The notes under the pieces are model-generated. The model saw nothing but the letters and a program-made list of their open reading frames with translations. It ran no database searches and had not been told where the DNA came from. 64,000 bases of DNA from Ginglymostoma cirratum (Eukaryota), in the NCBI GenBank assembly GCA_024137785.1, contig JAHRHZ010000031.1:17441653-17505652 (forward strand). The letters run 5' to 3'. The stretch's first letter is position 1. Each line of letters starts with the position of its first letter. The position numbers and the translations under genes are program-made. Shown one piece after another: positions 49,620 to 62,034 of this stretch.

Positions 49620-51620
49620 ACTTGGCTTGCTGAGTCAGCTCCACGATTCAGAGAGATCTGGCTGACCTGATAGCCCTCAACCCCACCTTTCTGCCTTATC
49701 CCCACAATACTTGATTCCCTTACTAAATTAACAAACTAGCTTAACCTTCAATCTACTTAACAATCCAGTATTTAAAACCCTCTGATAAAAAAAAATCCTC
49801 AGATTCTGTAGCCTCTAAAAGTTGAAATTTTCTTATCCATCTTACATGGTGACCCCTTAACCTGAGAATATGTCCTCTCGTCCTACACTCTTGCACAAAT
49901 GGGGGAAAAAAAAACTGTCTACCTACTATCGAGCCCCTCAAGATTCTTCAGTTTCAATAAATTTGCCTCAAATTCTTCTAAACTCCCATGTACACAGGCT
50001 CAACATAGTCAACCTCTCATGAGAGAACCCTTCCATGCCAGGTTCAACCTGGTAAAGTCTGCCTGGACTTCCACCAGACATCGTGTTTCCTTTGTTAAGG
50101 GGGCCAAAACGATTCACACTATTCTTGGGATGATGAAACTCATGCCTTGATTTGTTGAGCAAGGATTCCTTATTTTCATACTCCATTCACTTTGAAATAA
50201 AGGCCATCATCTGTATGCCTTCCTTATTACCTGCTAAACGTGGATACTAGCTTTTTACAATTCAGGCACAGGGAACCCAAATTCCTTTGCACTGCAGATT
50301 TCTACAGTTGCTCCCCATATAAATAATATTAGATAAATAATATTCAAAACAAAGAGTGCGGCTAAGAAACAGCAGGTTTGGCAGCATCCGTTGAGAGAAG
50401 AACAGAATTAACATTGAGTCTAGTGACCCTTTGTTAAAACTGGACTCGAAATGTTAATTCCATTTTTCTCTCAACAGAGGCCGAGTACCAGACTTAGTAT
50501 GTTTCTCCCCGACTCTTTCATAATTGCAGCATCTGCAGTTCTCTGTATTTATATATTTTTAAATTTAATTAATATTAGACCCCTCAATTCTTCCCGCCAA
50601 GGTTCATAATCTCATATTTATCCACAATACATTCTATCTGCCATGTTATTGTCGACTTACTTAACCTGTCCACATCATTTGGTAGACTCTCATTCTCGCA
50701 GCTTGCCGCCCCATTTATTTTTGTGTAATCCACAAAACCTGGTCAAAGTACATCCACTTCCCTCATCCAAATCATTAACATATCACGTAAATTATTGTAG
50801 TCCCAAATATCTGTGGCACGCTACTAGTTGCATGTTGCCCCATCCTGAAAATACCTCAGCAATTTTTAAAAATGATTTCATCAATCCTCCATCCGTGCTA
50901 ACATACTAGCCCTGACACCCTGGCTTTATCTGATTAAGGGCCTTACACGTAGTACCTCAGTGAATGCCTTCTGGAAATCCAAATATATTACATCTGCTAC
51001 TGCCCTTTTTAATCGATCTGCTTGTTACCACCGCAAAGAAATTTAGTATATTTGTCAGGCATGATTTCCCCTTCATGAAACCATGCTGACTCTGCTTCAT
51101 TTTATTATGCATTTCTAAATGCTCTGGTACTGTATCCTTTATAATAGACTCTAACATTTTTCCAATCATAGATATGCTAACTGGCTTCTAATTTTTTTTT
51201 GACATCTTCTACTTTAAATAATGTATCACATTGGTAGTTTTCCAATTCTTTGGGACATTTCCAGAATCTGTGGACTATTGGTATTCTACTATCAGGGTGT
51301 CACCACGTCTTTTGCAACTTCCTATAAAATCCTAGGTTGCAACTAATCAGGACCAGGGGATTTGTCAGCCTTTAGCTCACTAGTTTCTCTACTAACGAGT
51401 ACTACTTCTCTTATGACAGTTATTGTATTTGTTTCCTATCTCCCTTTTGCCCCTTGATTACTTAGTATTTTTAAAATGTTATTAGTGTCTTCTACCATTA
51501 AGAGTCTTGCAAAGTATTTATGTACTTCCTCCACTGCTTCCTCATTCCTCTTTATTATTCCCCCAACCTTGCTCTTGAAGAAGCCTAAGTCCACTCTGGC
51601 ACCTTATTTTCCTTCTTATT
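49620..51620 (-). mobile_element. CR1 LINE, decayed
   Basis: GKMLESIIKD..KQSQHGFMKGKSCLTN (ORF 50957..51169); RTRGH.LRLRG (ORF 49753..49941). Confidence 0.88.
50345..50550. mobile_element. Older palindromic pLTR element inserted in a CR1
   Basis: ttgagagaagaacagaattaacattgagtctagt / actggactcgaaatgttaattccatttttctctcaa inverted arms; cagcatctgcagttc tail. Confidence 0.6.
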
Positions 51621-52309
51621 TTAGGAAGCTCTGAATTTTTAAAAATATAAATAGCTTCCCTTTTCAGTTCGCCCAATACTTCCCCCGGAAAGAAAGGGGA
51701 GGCAGAAATTTCTCAAAAATAGCCCAGTTAGCTTGATGTTTGCAGTTGTGAATGCGTCGGAATCTAACATAAAGGAAGTTATAACTGGGCATTTGGAAAG
51801 TGGTTAGGAAGAGTCATCATGGTTTTGTGAAAAGGAAGTAGTGTTTAACCAAATTTTTGGAATTCTGAGGTGGTAACGTGTTCACGAATCAAGAGGAGCT
51901 CAGACATTGATGTACTGTACTTGGATTTTCACAAAGCATTTGGCGAAGTTTCAAAGAAAAGGTCACTGTGCAAAGTACAAGCTCACGGTAAGAGAGGTAA
52001 CACATTAGCATGGTATGTATGCTATATTGGCTGGCTGGAGTAAAACAGAGCTTGCAAAAATGAGTCATTTTCAGATTGGCAGGATGTAATGAATGGGGTT
52101 CCACAGAGACCTGTACTGGGACCTCAATCTTTCTACAGTTCATGTCAATGACCGAGATGTGGCAAACAAAGCTTTGGTGGCTAGATCTGCAGATGACAAA
52201 GACAGGCAGGAAATCATGCTGTGAAGGTAACATTCAGCCTGCTTAGACAGGTTAAGCAAATGGTCAAAAATATGGCAGATCAAGTCCAATGTGGGAAATA
52301 GTGGTAACA

Positions 52310-54290
52310 GATAACAAGGTGTAGAGCTGGATGAACACAGCAGGCCAAGCAGCAGCAGAGGAGCAGGAAAGCTGACATTTCGGTCTGGACCCTTCTTCAG
52401 AAATGGGGTAGTGGAAGGGGATTCTGAAATAAAGAGAGATGGGGGAAGGGATGGAAGATGGATAAAGGAGCAGATAGGGGGACAGGAGATGGACAGGTCA
52501 AGGAGGTGGGGATGGAGCTAGTAAAGGTGAGTGTAGGTGGGGAGTTAGGGTACGGGTTGGTCAGTCCAGGGAAGACGGACAGGTCAAGGAGGTGAGGATG
52601 AGGCTGGTAGGTAGGAGACAGGGGTGGGGTTTGAGGTGGGAGGAGGGGATAGATGGGAGAAAGGACGGACAGGTTAGGGAGGCGGGCACGAGCTGGGCTA
52701 GTTTTGGGATGCTGTCGGAGGCAGGGAGATTTTGGAGCTTGTGAAGTCCACATTGATACCATTAGGCTGCAGGGTTCCCAAGCGAAATATGAGGTGCTGT
52801 TCCTGCAACCTTCGGGTGGCATCATTGTGGCACTGGAGGCGGCCCAGGATGGACATTTCGTCCAAGGAGTGGGAGGAGGAGTTGAAGTGGTTCGCGACTG
52901 GGAGGTGCAGTAGTTTGTTGCAAACTGAGCACAGGTGTTCCGCAAAGCGGTCTCCAAGCCTCCGCTTGATTTCCCCAATGTACAGGAGGCCACATCGGGA
53001 ACAGCGAATACAGTATACCACATTAGCAGACGTGCAGGTGAACATGTGTTTGATGTGGGAGGTCTTCTTGGGGCCTGGAATGAGGTGGGGGGGGGGTGCG
53101 CGCGAGAGAGAGAGAGAGAGAGAGAAGGTGTAGGGGCAGGTGTAGCACTTCGTGCGGTTGCAGGGAAAAGTGCCAGGGGTGGTGGGGCTGGAGGGGAGTG
53201 TGGAGCGGACAAGGGACTCACGGAGAGAGTGGTCCCTCTGCAAGGCAGATAAAGGGTGGGGAGGGAAAAATGTCTTTGGTAGTGGGGTTGGATTGCAGGT
53301 GGCAGAAGTGCCAGAGGATGATGTGTTGCATCCGGAGGTTGGTGGGGTGGTACGTGAGGACGAGGGGATTCTGTTTTTGTTATTGCGAGGAGCAGGCGTG
53401 AGGGATGAATTGCAGGAAATGAGAGAGACGCGGTCGAGGGCATTTTCGGCCACTGTGGAAGGGAAGTTGCAGACCTTGAAAAATGAGGACATCTGGGATG
53501 TCCGGGAGTGTAATGCCTCATCTCAGGAGCAGAAACGGCGGAGGCAAAGGAATTGGGAACAGGGGATGGCATTTTTGCAGGAAGGTGGGAGGGAAGAGGT
53601 GTATTCTAGGTAGCTGTGGGAGTTGGTAGGCTTGAAATGGATATCGATTTCCAGGTGGTTGCCAGAGATGGAAACAGAGAGGGGTATCGGAGATGGTCCA
53701 GGTGAACTAATGGTTGGGGTGGAAGGTGTTAGTGAAGTCTGTGAACTGTTCGAGCTCCTCGTGGGAGCACAAGACGGTGCCGATACAGTCATCGATGTAA
53801 CGGAGGAAGAGGTGGGGGATAGGGCCAGTGTAGCTTTGGAAGAGGGATTGTTCCACGTATCCTACAAAGAGGCAGGCATAGCTTGGGCTCATGCGGGGAC
53901 CCACGGCCACCCCCTTTGTCTGTAGGAAGTGGGAGGCATTGAAGGAGAAGTCGTTAAGGGCGAGGACGAGTTCAGCTATGCGGACAAGGGTGTCAGTGGA
54001 GGGGTCTGGTCAGGACTACGGGACAGGAAGCAGCGGAGGGCCTTTAGGCCATCTGCAGGGGAATGCAGGTATATAGGGACTGGATGTCCATGGTGAAGAT
54101 GAGGTGTTGGGGACCAAGGAATCGGAAGTTTTGGAGGAGGTGGAGGGCATGGGTGGTGTCACGGATGTAGGTGGGGAGTTCCTGGACCGGGTGGGAGAAA
54201 ATGGAGTCGAGATAAGTGGATATAGGTTCGGTGGGGCAGGAGCAGGTGGAGGCAGCAGGTCAACCGGAGCTGTCAGTTTGTCAGTCAGGC
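52310..54290 (-). mobile_element. Penelope-like retroelement (Neptune-like; RT + Cys-rich linker + GIY-YIG), 5'-truncated and frameshifted
   Basis: MAVGPRMSPSYACLF...FLRYIDDC (RT); FPCNRTKCYTC linker; VVYCIRCSRCGLLYIGE..RFAEH..HFN..H..LGTLQPNGIN (GIY-YIG); pLTR at 52310-52402. Confidence 0.93.
52374..52400 (-). ncRNA. Minimal hammerhead ribozyme motif in the Penelope pLTR
   Basis: CUGAAGA-AG-GGUC(CA)GACC-GAAAU-GUC. Confidence 0.62.
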
Positions 54291-55049
54291 CACTGGGAAA
54301 AAGTGTTGTTGTTCACGCACATTGAAAGAATAAAAAAGGCTGAGCATTATTAAATGCAACACAACTGCAAAATTTTCCAAATGCAGAGGAATCCGGATGT
54401 TCTAATGCATGAAACACACAGTTAGTATGCAGGTACAGTAAATGATTAAGGTGGCTAATGGGATGTTATCCTTCATGAAGGGAGGAAGTGGACAGAAAAG
54501 GAAAGAGTTTTTGCATCAGCTGTATAGGACACCAACGAGATCACAGGCTGAATCTATGTGTAATTTTGGCCTCCTTATTTAAGGATGGAGAAGGTTCTGA
54601 GGCAGTTTGTTAGGTTGATACCCGGAATGAGCGAGTTATCTGAGGACTAAGTTGAATAGGCTGGCTTATTTACACTGAAGCTTAGAAGAGTGACTTGATT
54701 GAAGTGTAAAAGATCCTGATGATCTTGACAAGATGGATGTGGAAAGGTTGTTTCACCCTATAGAGAGAGTGCAGAGCTCACGAAATCTAATTTAAAATCA
54801 GGGGTTGCCTTATTTTTGACACACGGAGAATTACTCTGCGGAGGTTGCAAATTTGGAATTGTGCCTCAGAAGGCAGTGGACAGGGTAATTGATTTTTTAA
54901 GGTGAAGACAGATTGCTTTTGTTCGACTAGGGAATCAAAGGTTATGGGGTTGATGGGAACAGGGAATTCAGAACACAAATAGCTCAGCCATGATCTTTAG
55001 GAATGGCAAAGATGGCCTAAAAGGCCAAATGAAATACTTTTCCTCTGAA

Positions 55050-55530
55050 ATCACATGTTCCCTGTCCCTTGCATCTGACCTCAACCTCCCAAGCCCTCCT
55101 GCAGCATCCTTCAATCTCTCCAAAACCCTCTTGCAGCCTCATTTTTCAGTCTTTCTCACCAAATTTCTCCTGCAGCCTCCTTTTCTCATTCCATATTCCT
55201 CACACCCATCTTCCCACTATTCTTACAGCTTTCTTCTCCCCTTCCAACCATGTATGAAGCCACTTTCCTGACTCTATCCTTCTTGCAGCCTCGTTCTCCT
55301 CAAACCCACTTCTTGGAGTCTTCTGTTCCCCTCCTACCATTTTGACAGCCCACTTTATCCCTACAGTACTTCTTTCAGCTTCCTTCTCTTCCCCACCCGC
55401 TCGGCCAAAAACTGTGCAACCTCATCTTCGCACCCCACCCCAAGTGCTATTCACAGCCTTCTTCTCCAATCTCAACTCCTTTTGCAGCCCTTTTTTGGCA
55501 GCCTCTTCACTAGTCCCCAGCTGCTTTGGT
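55050..55530 (+). repeat. Degenerate pyrimidine-rich tandem array (recurrent YTGCAGCCTC motif)
   Basis: About 10 variants of cttgcagcctc separated by C/T-rich spacers. Confidence 0.55.
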
Positions 55531-56366
55531 AGCCCCCTTAAGACAGCTGTTATTGCTGAATATTTTTTGTTCTTATCATCAGTAAAATAATCAAATCAAC
55601 CAAGATTTCTTGTTACATTGCTTAAGCTTGCAGACATGCACTTGGTAAATATGATGGATACTCTGGCCTTTCAATCTATGGACGGTTTTTGTGAAACTTG
55701 TAGTTAACACACAAAATTCAAACTTCATGGCTAAAACTATACAAAGTACACAGAACAACAACCATTGACTAACTTTATAATATTAAAGATGAGTGAAAAA
55801 GCAAATTTCAGTAGCTCTGTACTTGTGAGTTATACCATACAGACCTTTCTCAAAACAGATGTACAATACCAACTCCTTTTCCTTAAACATAGTTCTTTAT
55901 TTACACTGAAGCATAACTGACCACACAGACACAAACCAGTACGATGGTTGGGCAGAAATATAAAAAGGTACGTAACTATACACTGACTATAACGTGTGTT
56001 CCAACAAACACTGTTGGAACAGTCTATAGAAAACAAAGCAGAAATGTACAATTGTGTCAGCATATATCCACAACTTCAATGCAAGATATTATACAATATT
56101 CGTTGTACACAAACTGAACAACTGACCTGTAGAGGTCAACTATATGGCCTTTAACAACATCTACAATGTCAGTTTATAGACATTTAATAAATTATTATAA
56201 CACAGAAAAGCTGATATAATATTTGCATGATATAGCATAAGAGTTATAGGATCCTGCATTGTTCTAGAATAGAGCTCTTCTGAAATTTTAGTCTAAAATA
56301 TTCCACAATTTAGAACACTTTTCTGGCAAACTTAGTACAAAATGATAATCCATTTCAAACTCTTAC

Positions 56367-56610
56367 CTCTATTTCCAGGTGGCTGAAGGCCATCTCCCGT
56401 CATGCCACACCATCCGACTGGAAAGATATCACGAGAATCATATCTGCACCAATAATCAAATGCGCCTCTCCAGCCATCAAATGTTACGAAAATGTCATCG
56501 GCTTTCACTTCACTGATGGTTGCTGGACAAATCAGGTGAGGGTTTTTTCGATCCACTGCTTCCAGTTTCATCCCAACTTTGAAATGATTTTGCTGTGGGC
56601 TTGGGGGTTC
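56367..56610 (-). CDS. scml2: SCML2-like exon, second MBT repeat (EPPSPQQNHFKVGMKLEAVDRKNPHLICPATISEV...FDYWCRYDSRDIFPVGWC...LQPPGNR)
   Basis: 244 nt, phase 0 to 1; ORF 56332..56571 shows the MBT signature; acceptor tttgag|GAA, donor G|gtaag. Confidence 0.96.
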
Positions 56611-58084
56611 CTCAAACAGGAAAGAAATTAGTTTTTTTTTCTCTCCTGCCCAAGTGCAAGCATGAACTTAACATAGAACAAATGGATTGTAACTCCTTCG
56701 AGTAAAAAAAAAGTAGCATTTACGGACTGCGACTATAGTTCAGCACTTTCGGATGTGTAATGAACTTCTATAAAAGTTGAATGCGTGCAGGTATATTATC
56801 AATGCACAAATGATGCGTTGTTTTTAAAAAACAGAAATCCAAAACATGAGGATACATCACAGTTTGGTGAGTTTAAGAGAATTTTAATTTACACAGCAAA
56901 AAATTACAAGCCTATTAGAGTTGAAGTCTAACAAAAATAAACGTTATTTTCCAAGGCTTCCCAACAGAGTGAAGCTTTGTTTCTAGAAAGAAAATATGTT
57001 ACAGTCATTACTTCATTTCATGGTCACAGCTAGCAACAGTGCAGCGAGTCTCAAAATTATCTCCATGAAATCCAACATAGCTGAAAAAGTACTCAACTCC
57101 ATACCCAAAATGCAAGATGAAGAGAAAGAGAGAAAACTGGCTTTAAAGACAACAGAGTAGTCTAGAATCCATGTAAAATTTAAATCAAGACGAAGCATTT
57201 AGCTCTGCAATATAGCAAAAGATAGCAGTGCTCATTAGCCAGGACTAAATGTGGAGTTAAAAAGGAAAATAGCCATTGAAAGAAGCAAAGATTACAGTAA
57301 AATAACAAACTGACACTAGCAGCTGATAGAATAAACTTCACTTTTCCAATGGTGTGACTTCATCCACACCCAAGCAACATCTTGGTCCCGTTACTGATTC
57401 TAAGTTAATCTTTAAAGTATAAATTTAGGACTGTGTTTACTAATTCTCTCCTTCTCCGCACTCCCTCCTCTGCTGTGCCCCATTTCAAAACGGCATGCAT
57501 GCACAGTGCTTTACTAACTTACGGCATCATATGTATATTAATTGATGACAGTGTCTGCCATTCATGCATAGTTGCCTGCAGTGGTATCAGAAAACACTAC
57601 CTAATTTTATTCAATACATGCAAGGATACAAGCAGAGTTTATCCCTCATTTTACGCACAGTAAGTTTTTGCACATTTCCTAATAGCTGATGTTCATTTTT
57701 TTGCACAGGACAAATGTACACAGTGCATCATATCCCAAAGCTCATCAGCACCAATGCTCGAGTTGTGAAGTGCTATGTAGGAAAGTTTCACAGCATAATT
57801 TTGTTTTCCTCAAGGGCTTCTCTTGATATTCCCCAAGGGCTTTTTTTTTATTGTTGGGGACCTGTTCTTCTGTCTCAGTAATTTCATTAGGTGTTGCAAA
57901 CTTTTCTGTATGTTGATATCTGGTGGGCTTGAACTCAAAATAGAACTAGAAGAATTAATCAAATTCCCAGTCATCGTTACTGCTCCATTAAATTTAAAGC
58001 AATACATACAACCACAACATTAATTTTCTCAATAAGACAAAATTTACAATGGGCAACAGACAATGGGCTTACGGCAGCAACAGA

Positions 58085-59230
58085 GTCAGAGTCATACAGC
58101 ACAGAAACAGACCCCTTGGTGTGCCAACCAGATGTGTCCATCTGAACTAATCTTATTTGCTGGCATTTGGCCCATATCCCTCTCAATCCTTCCTAGTCCT
58201 ATACACATGGAGATGCCTTTTAAAATGTTCCAATTATACCAACCTCCACCACTTCCTCTGGCATTTCATTTCATATACACACCAGCCTCTGCGCGGAAAA
58301 AGTCACCTTTCAGGTCCCTTTTAAATCTTTCTCTCCTGAGCTTAAACCTATGCCTTTAGTTTTAAACTCCAATATCCTGGGGAAAAGCCATTTGACTATT
58401 CACCCTATCCATGACTTTATAAACCGCTTAGGTCACCCCTTAGCCTCCAACACTCCAGGGAAAATAGCCCCAGCCTATTCAGCCTCTCCCTATAATTCAA
58501 ACTCTGCAGTCTCGGAAGTATCCTCGTAAATCTTTTCTGCACCCTCTCAAGTTTAACAACATCCTTGCTATAGATGTGCAGCCAGACTTGTGCAGTATTC
58601 GAAACGTGGCCTCAACTATGACCTGTACAGCCACAACATGACATCCCAACTCCTACACTCGATTTTCTGACCAATAAAGGCAAGCATTCCAAACCCCTTC
58701 TTCACCACCTTGTATACCTGTGACTCCATTTTCAACGAACTTTACACCTGCACCCCTTGGTTTCTTTGTTTGGTAACTCTCCCCAGGGCCCTACCATAAA
58801 CTGGAGAAGTGCTGCCTTGGTTTGTCTTACCAAAATGCAACATTTCACATTAATCTAAGTTAAACTCCATCTGCCACTCCTTGGCCCATCTGATCAAGGT
58901 TCCATTGCACTCTTCGATAATCTCCTTCAATGTCAACACCACCACCTATTTTGGTGTCATCTGCAAATGTTCTAACTCTGCCTCCGACATTCACATCCAA
59001 GTAATTTACATAAATGACAAAGCAATGGACCCAGCACCAATCCTTGAGGCACACCGCTGATCACAGGGTTCCAGTCTGAAAAGCAACCCTCTACCACCAC
59101 CCTGTTTACCACCTTCAAGCTAATTTTGTATCCAATTGGCTGGCTTCCTCTGGGTCCCTTACTTAGCAGTGTACCATGCAGAACCTTGTTGAATGTCTAA
59201 ATGGACTTCAGCAAAGCAACATCTGCTGCT
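58085..59230 (-). mobile_element. CR1 LINE 3' portion
   Basis: VIYVNYLD..RTFADDTKIGG (ORF 58860..59054); agagtcagagtcatacagc tail. Confidence 0.9.
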
Positions 59231-59289
59231 CTGCCTTCATCTCTTCATAAAAAGAAATGTTTCTTTGAAAAAAAACCTGAGACACTTAG

Positions 59290-61570
59290 AATCATACAGC
59301 ACAGAAACTGATTCAGTTCAATTAGTCTATACCGAACACTATCCCAAACTAAACTAGACCCACCTGCCTGCCCCTGGCCCATATCCCTCCAGATCTTTTT
59401 TATTCATGTATTTATCCAAATCTCTTTTAAACCTTGTAATTGTACCTGCATCTACTACTTCCTCAGGAAGCTGATTCCACATGCGAACCACCCTCTGTGT
59501 GAAACATCTGCCCCTCATGTCTTTTAAATCTTTCTCCTCTCACCCTAAAAATGTGTCCCCTAGCCAAGGGAAAAGAAAATTATCGATTCTGTCCATACCC
59601 CTCATTATTTTATAAATTTCTATCCCGTCACCTCTCAACCTCCAATGCTCTACTGGAGAACAGTCCCAGGCTATCCAGCCTGTCCTTCTAACTCAAACCT
59701 TCCATACCCAGCCACACCCTGGTAAATCTCTTCTGAACCTTCTCCAGCTTGATAATATCCTTCATATAACTGGTCGACCAGAACTGGACATAGTATTCCA
59801 GAAGAGGCCTCATCAATGTCCTATATGACCACAACATAAGTTCCCAATTCCTGTACTCAAGGGACTGAGCAATGAAGGCAAGCATGCCAAATGCCTTTTT
59901 AATCACCCTGTCTATATGTGACGCAAACTTCAAAGAATTATGAACCTGCACCTCCAGATCCCTCTGTTCTACAACACGACCCCAGGCCCTATTCTTGTTC
60001 GTTGTACCAAAATGCAATACCTCACAGTTATCCAAATTCAACTCCATCTGCCATTTTTCAGCCCATTGACCCATTTGATCAAGGTTCCTTTGTAATCTTA
60101 GAAAACCTTCTTCACTGTCTACAATGCCACTGATTTTGGTGTCATCCACACACCCACTAACATATCTTCTATATTCCCATTCAAATCATTTATATAAATA
60201 TCAAACAAGAGACAACCCAGAATCAATCCCTGTGGAGCACCGCTGGTCACAGGCCTCCAGAACGAAAAACAACCCTCCACTACTACTAAATTCTGAGGAA
60301 GGGTCACCGGACCCAAAATGTTAACTCTGTTTTCTCCTTCACAGATGCTGCCAGACCTGCTGAGCTTTTCCAGCAACTTTGTTTTTGCTCCACTATTACT
60401 CTGTCTCCTTCCATTAAGCCAATTATGTAATCAATTGGCAAGCTCACCCTGAATCCCATGAGATCTAAGTTTACTAATTGGTCTACCACGCAGAACCTTG
60501 TCAAAGGCTTTACTTAAGTCCAAGTAAACATTAATTGTTTTGTTTTCATCAATCTTTTCGGTTACATAATTAAAAACTCAATCAAGTTTGAGAGACACGA
60601 TGCTCCTTGCACAAAACCATGCGAACTATCCCTAATCAATTTTTGCCTCACTAAATGTTCATAAATCCTATCTTTTATAAATATCTCCAACAATTTACCC
60701 AGAACTGAAGTCAGGCTCACAAGTCGATAGTTCCCTAGTTTCTCCTTACAACCTTTCTTAAGCAAAGGTACAACATTAGCCAGCCTCCAGTCACCAGGCA
60801 CCTCACCCGTAGTTATAAGTGATGCAAATATTTCTGCAAGGGATCTCGTAACTTCTTCCCTTACTTCCCACAATGTTCTGGGATACATCTGATCAGGTCC
60901 CAGAGATTTATCTACCTTAATATTCTCAAAGACCTCCCAAGCTTCCTCTTCTGTAATGAGAACTGTTTTTAAAAATCGAAGTTTATTTCTCTGCATTCTC
61001 TAGACTCCATTTCTTCCTTTACAGTAAAAGTTGACAAAATATTTGTTTAGTATCTCTCCCATCTCCTGGGGTTCAACACAAAGACAACCTCCTTGATCTT
61101 TAAGCAGCTCTACCCTCTCGCTCTCAACGTATTTGAAGAATCTCTTCGGATTGTCCTTGACCTTATCTGCCAATACTCTCTCATATGCCCTCTTTGCCTT
61201 CCTGATTTCTTTCTTAAGAATGCCTCTACACTCTTTATATTGATTCAGAGATTCAATTGAACCAAGCAGTCTGTATCTAAAATAAGATCCTCTTTTATTC
61301 TTGACCAGAACCTCAATATCTTTATTCATCCACTGTTCCTTAATCCTACCAGCCCTAACCTTCATTCTAACAGAAACATAGACCCTCTGAAGTCTCATCG
61401 TCACACTTTTGAACACCTCCCACTTGTCAGATGTCCTTTTACCTGCAAACAGTCTACGCCAATCAACCTTTAAAAGTTTTGTCTCATACCATTAAAATTT
61501 GCCTTAAGTCAATTAAAAAACTCTAACTCTTACGGAAGGCTTATCCTTTTCCATAAGAATCAAATTATGA
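59290..61570 (-). mobile_element. CR1 LINE ORF2, decayed
   Basis: ORFs 59688..60149, 60562..60996 and 61000..61416 are CR1 ORF2 segments (KDNPKRFFKYV, GNYRLVSLTSVLGKLLE, DDTKISG). Confidence 0.93.
60288..60387 (+). mobile_element. Penelope pLTR-derived solo unit with 13-bp TSD, nested in a CR1
   Basis: ctccactactact 60275-60287 / ctccactattact 60388-60400; ttCTGAGGAagggtcaccggacccAAAAtgtta. Confidence 0.85.
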
Positions 61571-61574
61571 TCGC

Positions 61575-61995
61575 TAGTCCCCTGAGCGGGCTCCACCATT
61601 CAATACGGTCATGGCTGATTCAATACACAACTCCACTTTCTTGCCCTTTCCCCATAACCCTTGATTCCCCCACCGATCAAGAATCTCAGTTTTAAATATA
61701 CACAAGGACTTGGCCCCTGCAGGTCTCCCTGCGCTAAGGAGTCTGAAAGACTCTCAACCCTTAGAAGAAATTCTTCCTCTTGCCAGTCAAATCGGTGCTC
61801 CTTTATTCTGAGACCATGCCCTCTGGTCCTAGACTGTCCCAGGAGGGGAATCATCCTGTCAACATTCACCCTGTCAAGCCCCTTAAGAATCCTAAATGTG
61901 CTGATGAGCTCACCTCTCATTCTTCTAAATTCCAATAAATAGAGTTCCAACATGTTTAACCTTCACTCATAAGACAGTACCTCCATACTGGGAAT
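61575..61995 (-). mobile_element. CR1 LINE 3' end (different subfamily)
   Basis: LEFRRMRGELI.TFRILKGLDRV...SRTRGH.LRIK (ORF 61609..61953). Confidence 0.88.
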
Positions 61996-62034
61996 TATCC
62001 CATTGGAAACTGCTCATCATTCCCTTTGTACCCC

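Larger units (their letters stand above)
51765..55030 (+). mobile_element. CR1 LINE interrupted by a Penelope element
   Basis: RT motifs (HHGF..CLTKFLEF, ADDK, WQIKSNVG) stop at ~52300 and resume at ~54294 through the 3' end. Confidence 0.8.

Noticed and set aside
52397-53572. Longest ORF in the track (391 aa, Pro/Ser-rich)
   Set aside because: An alternative frame of the GC-rich Penelope element; the true protein motifs are in other frames.
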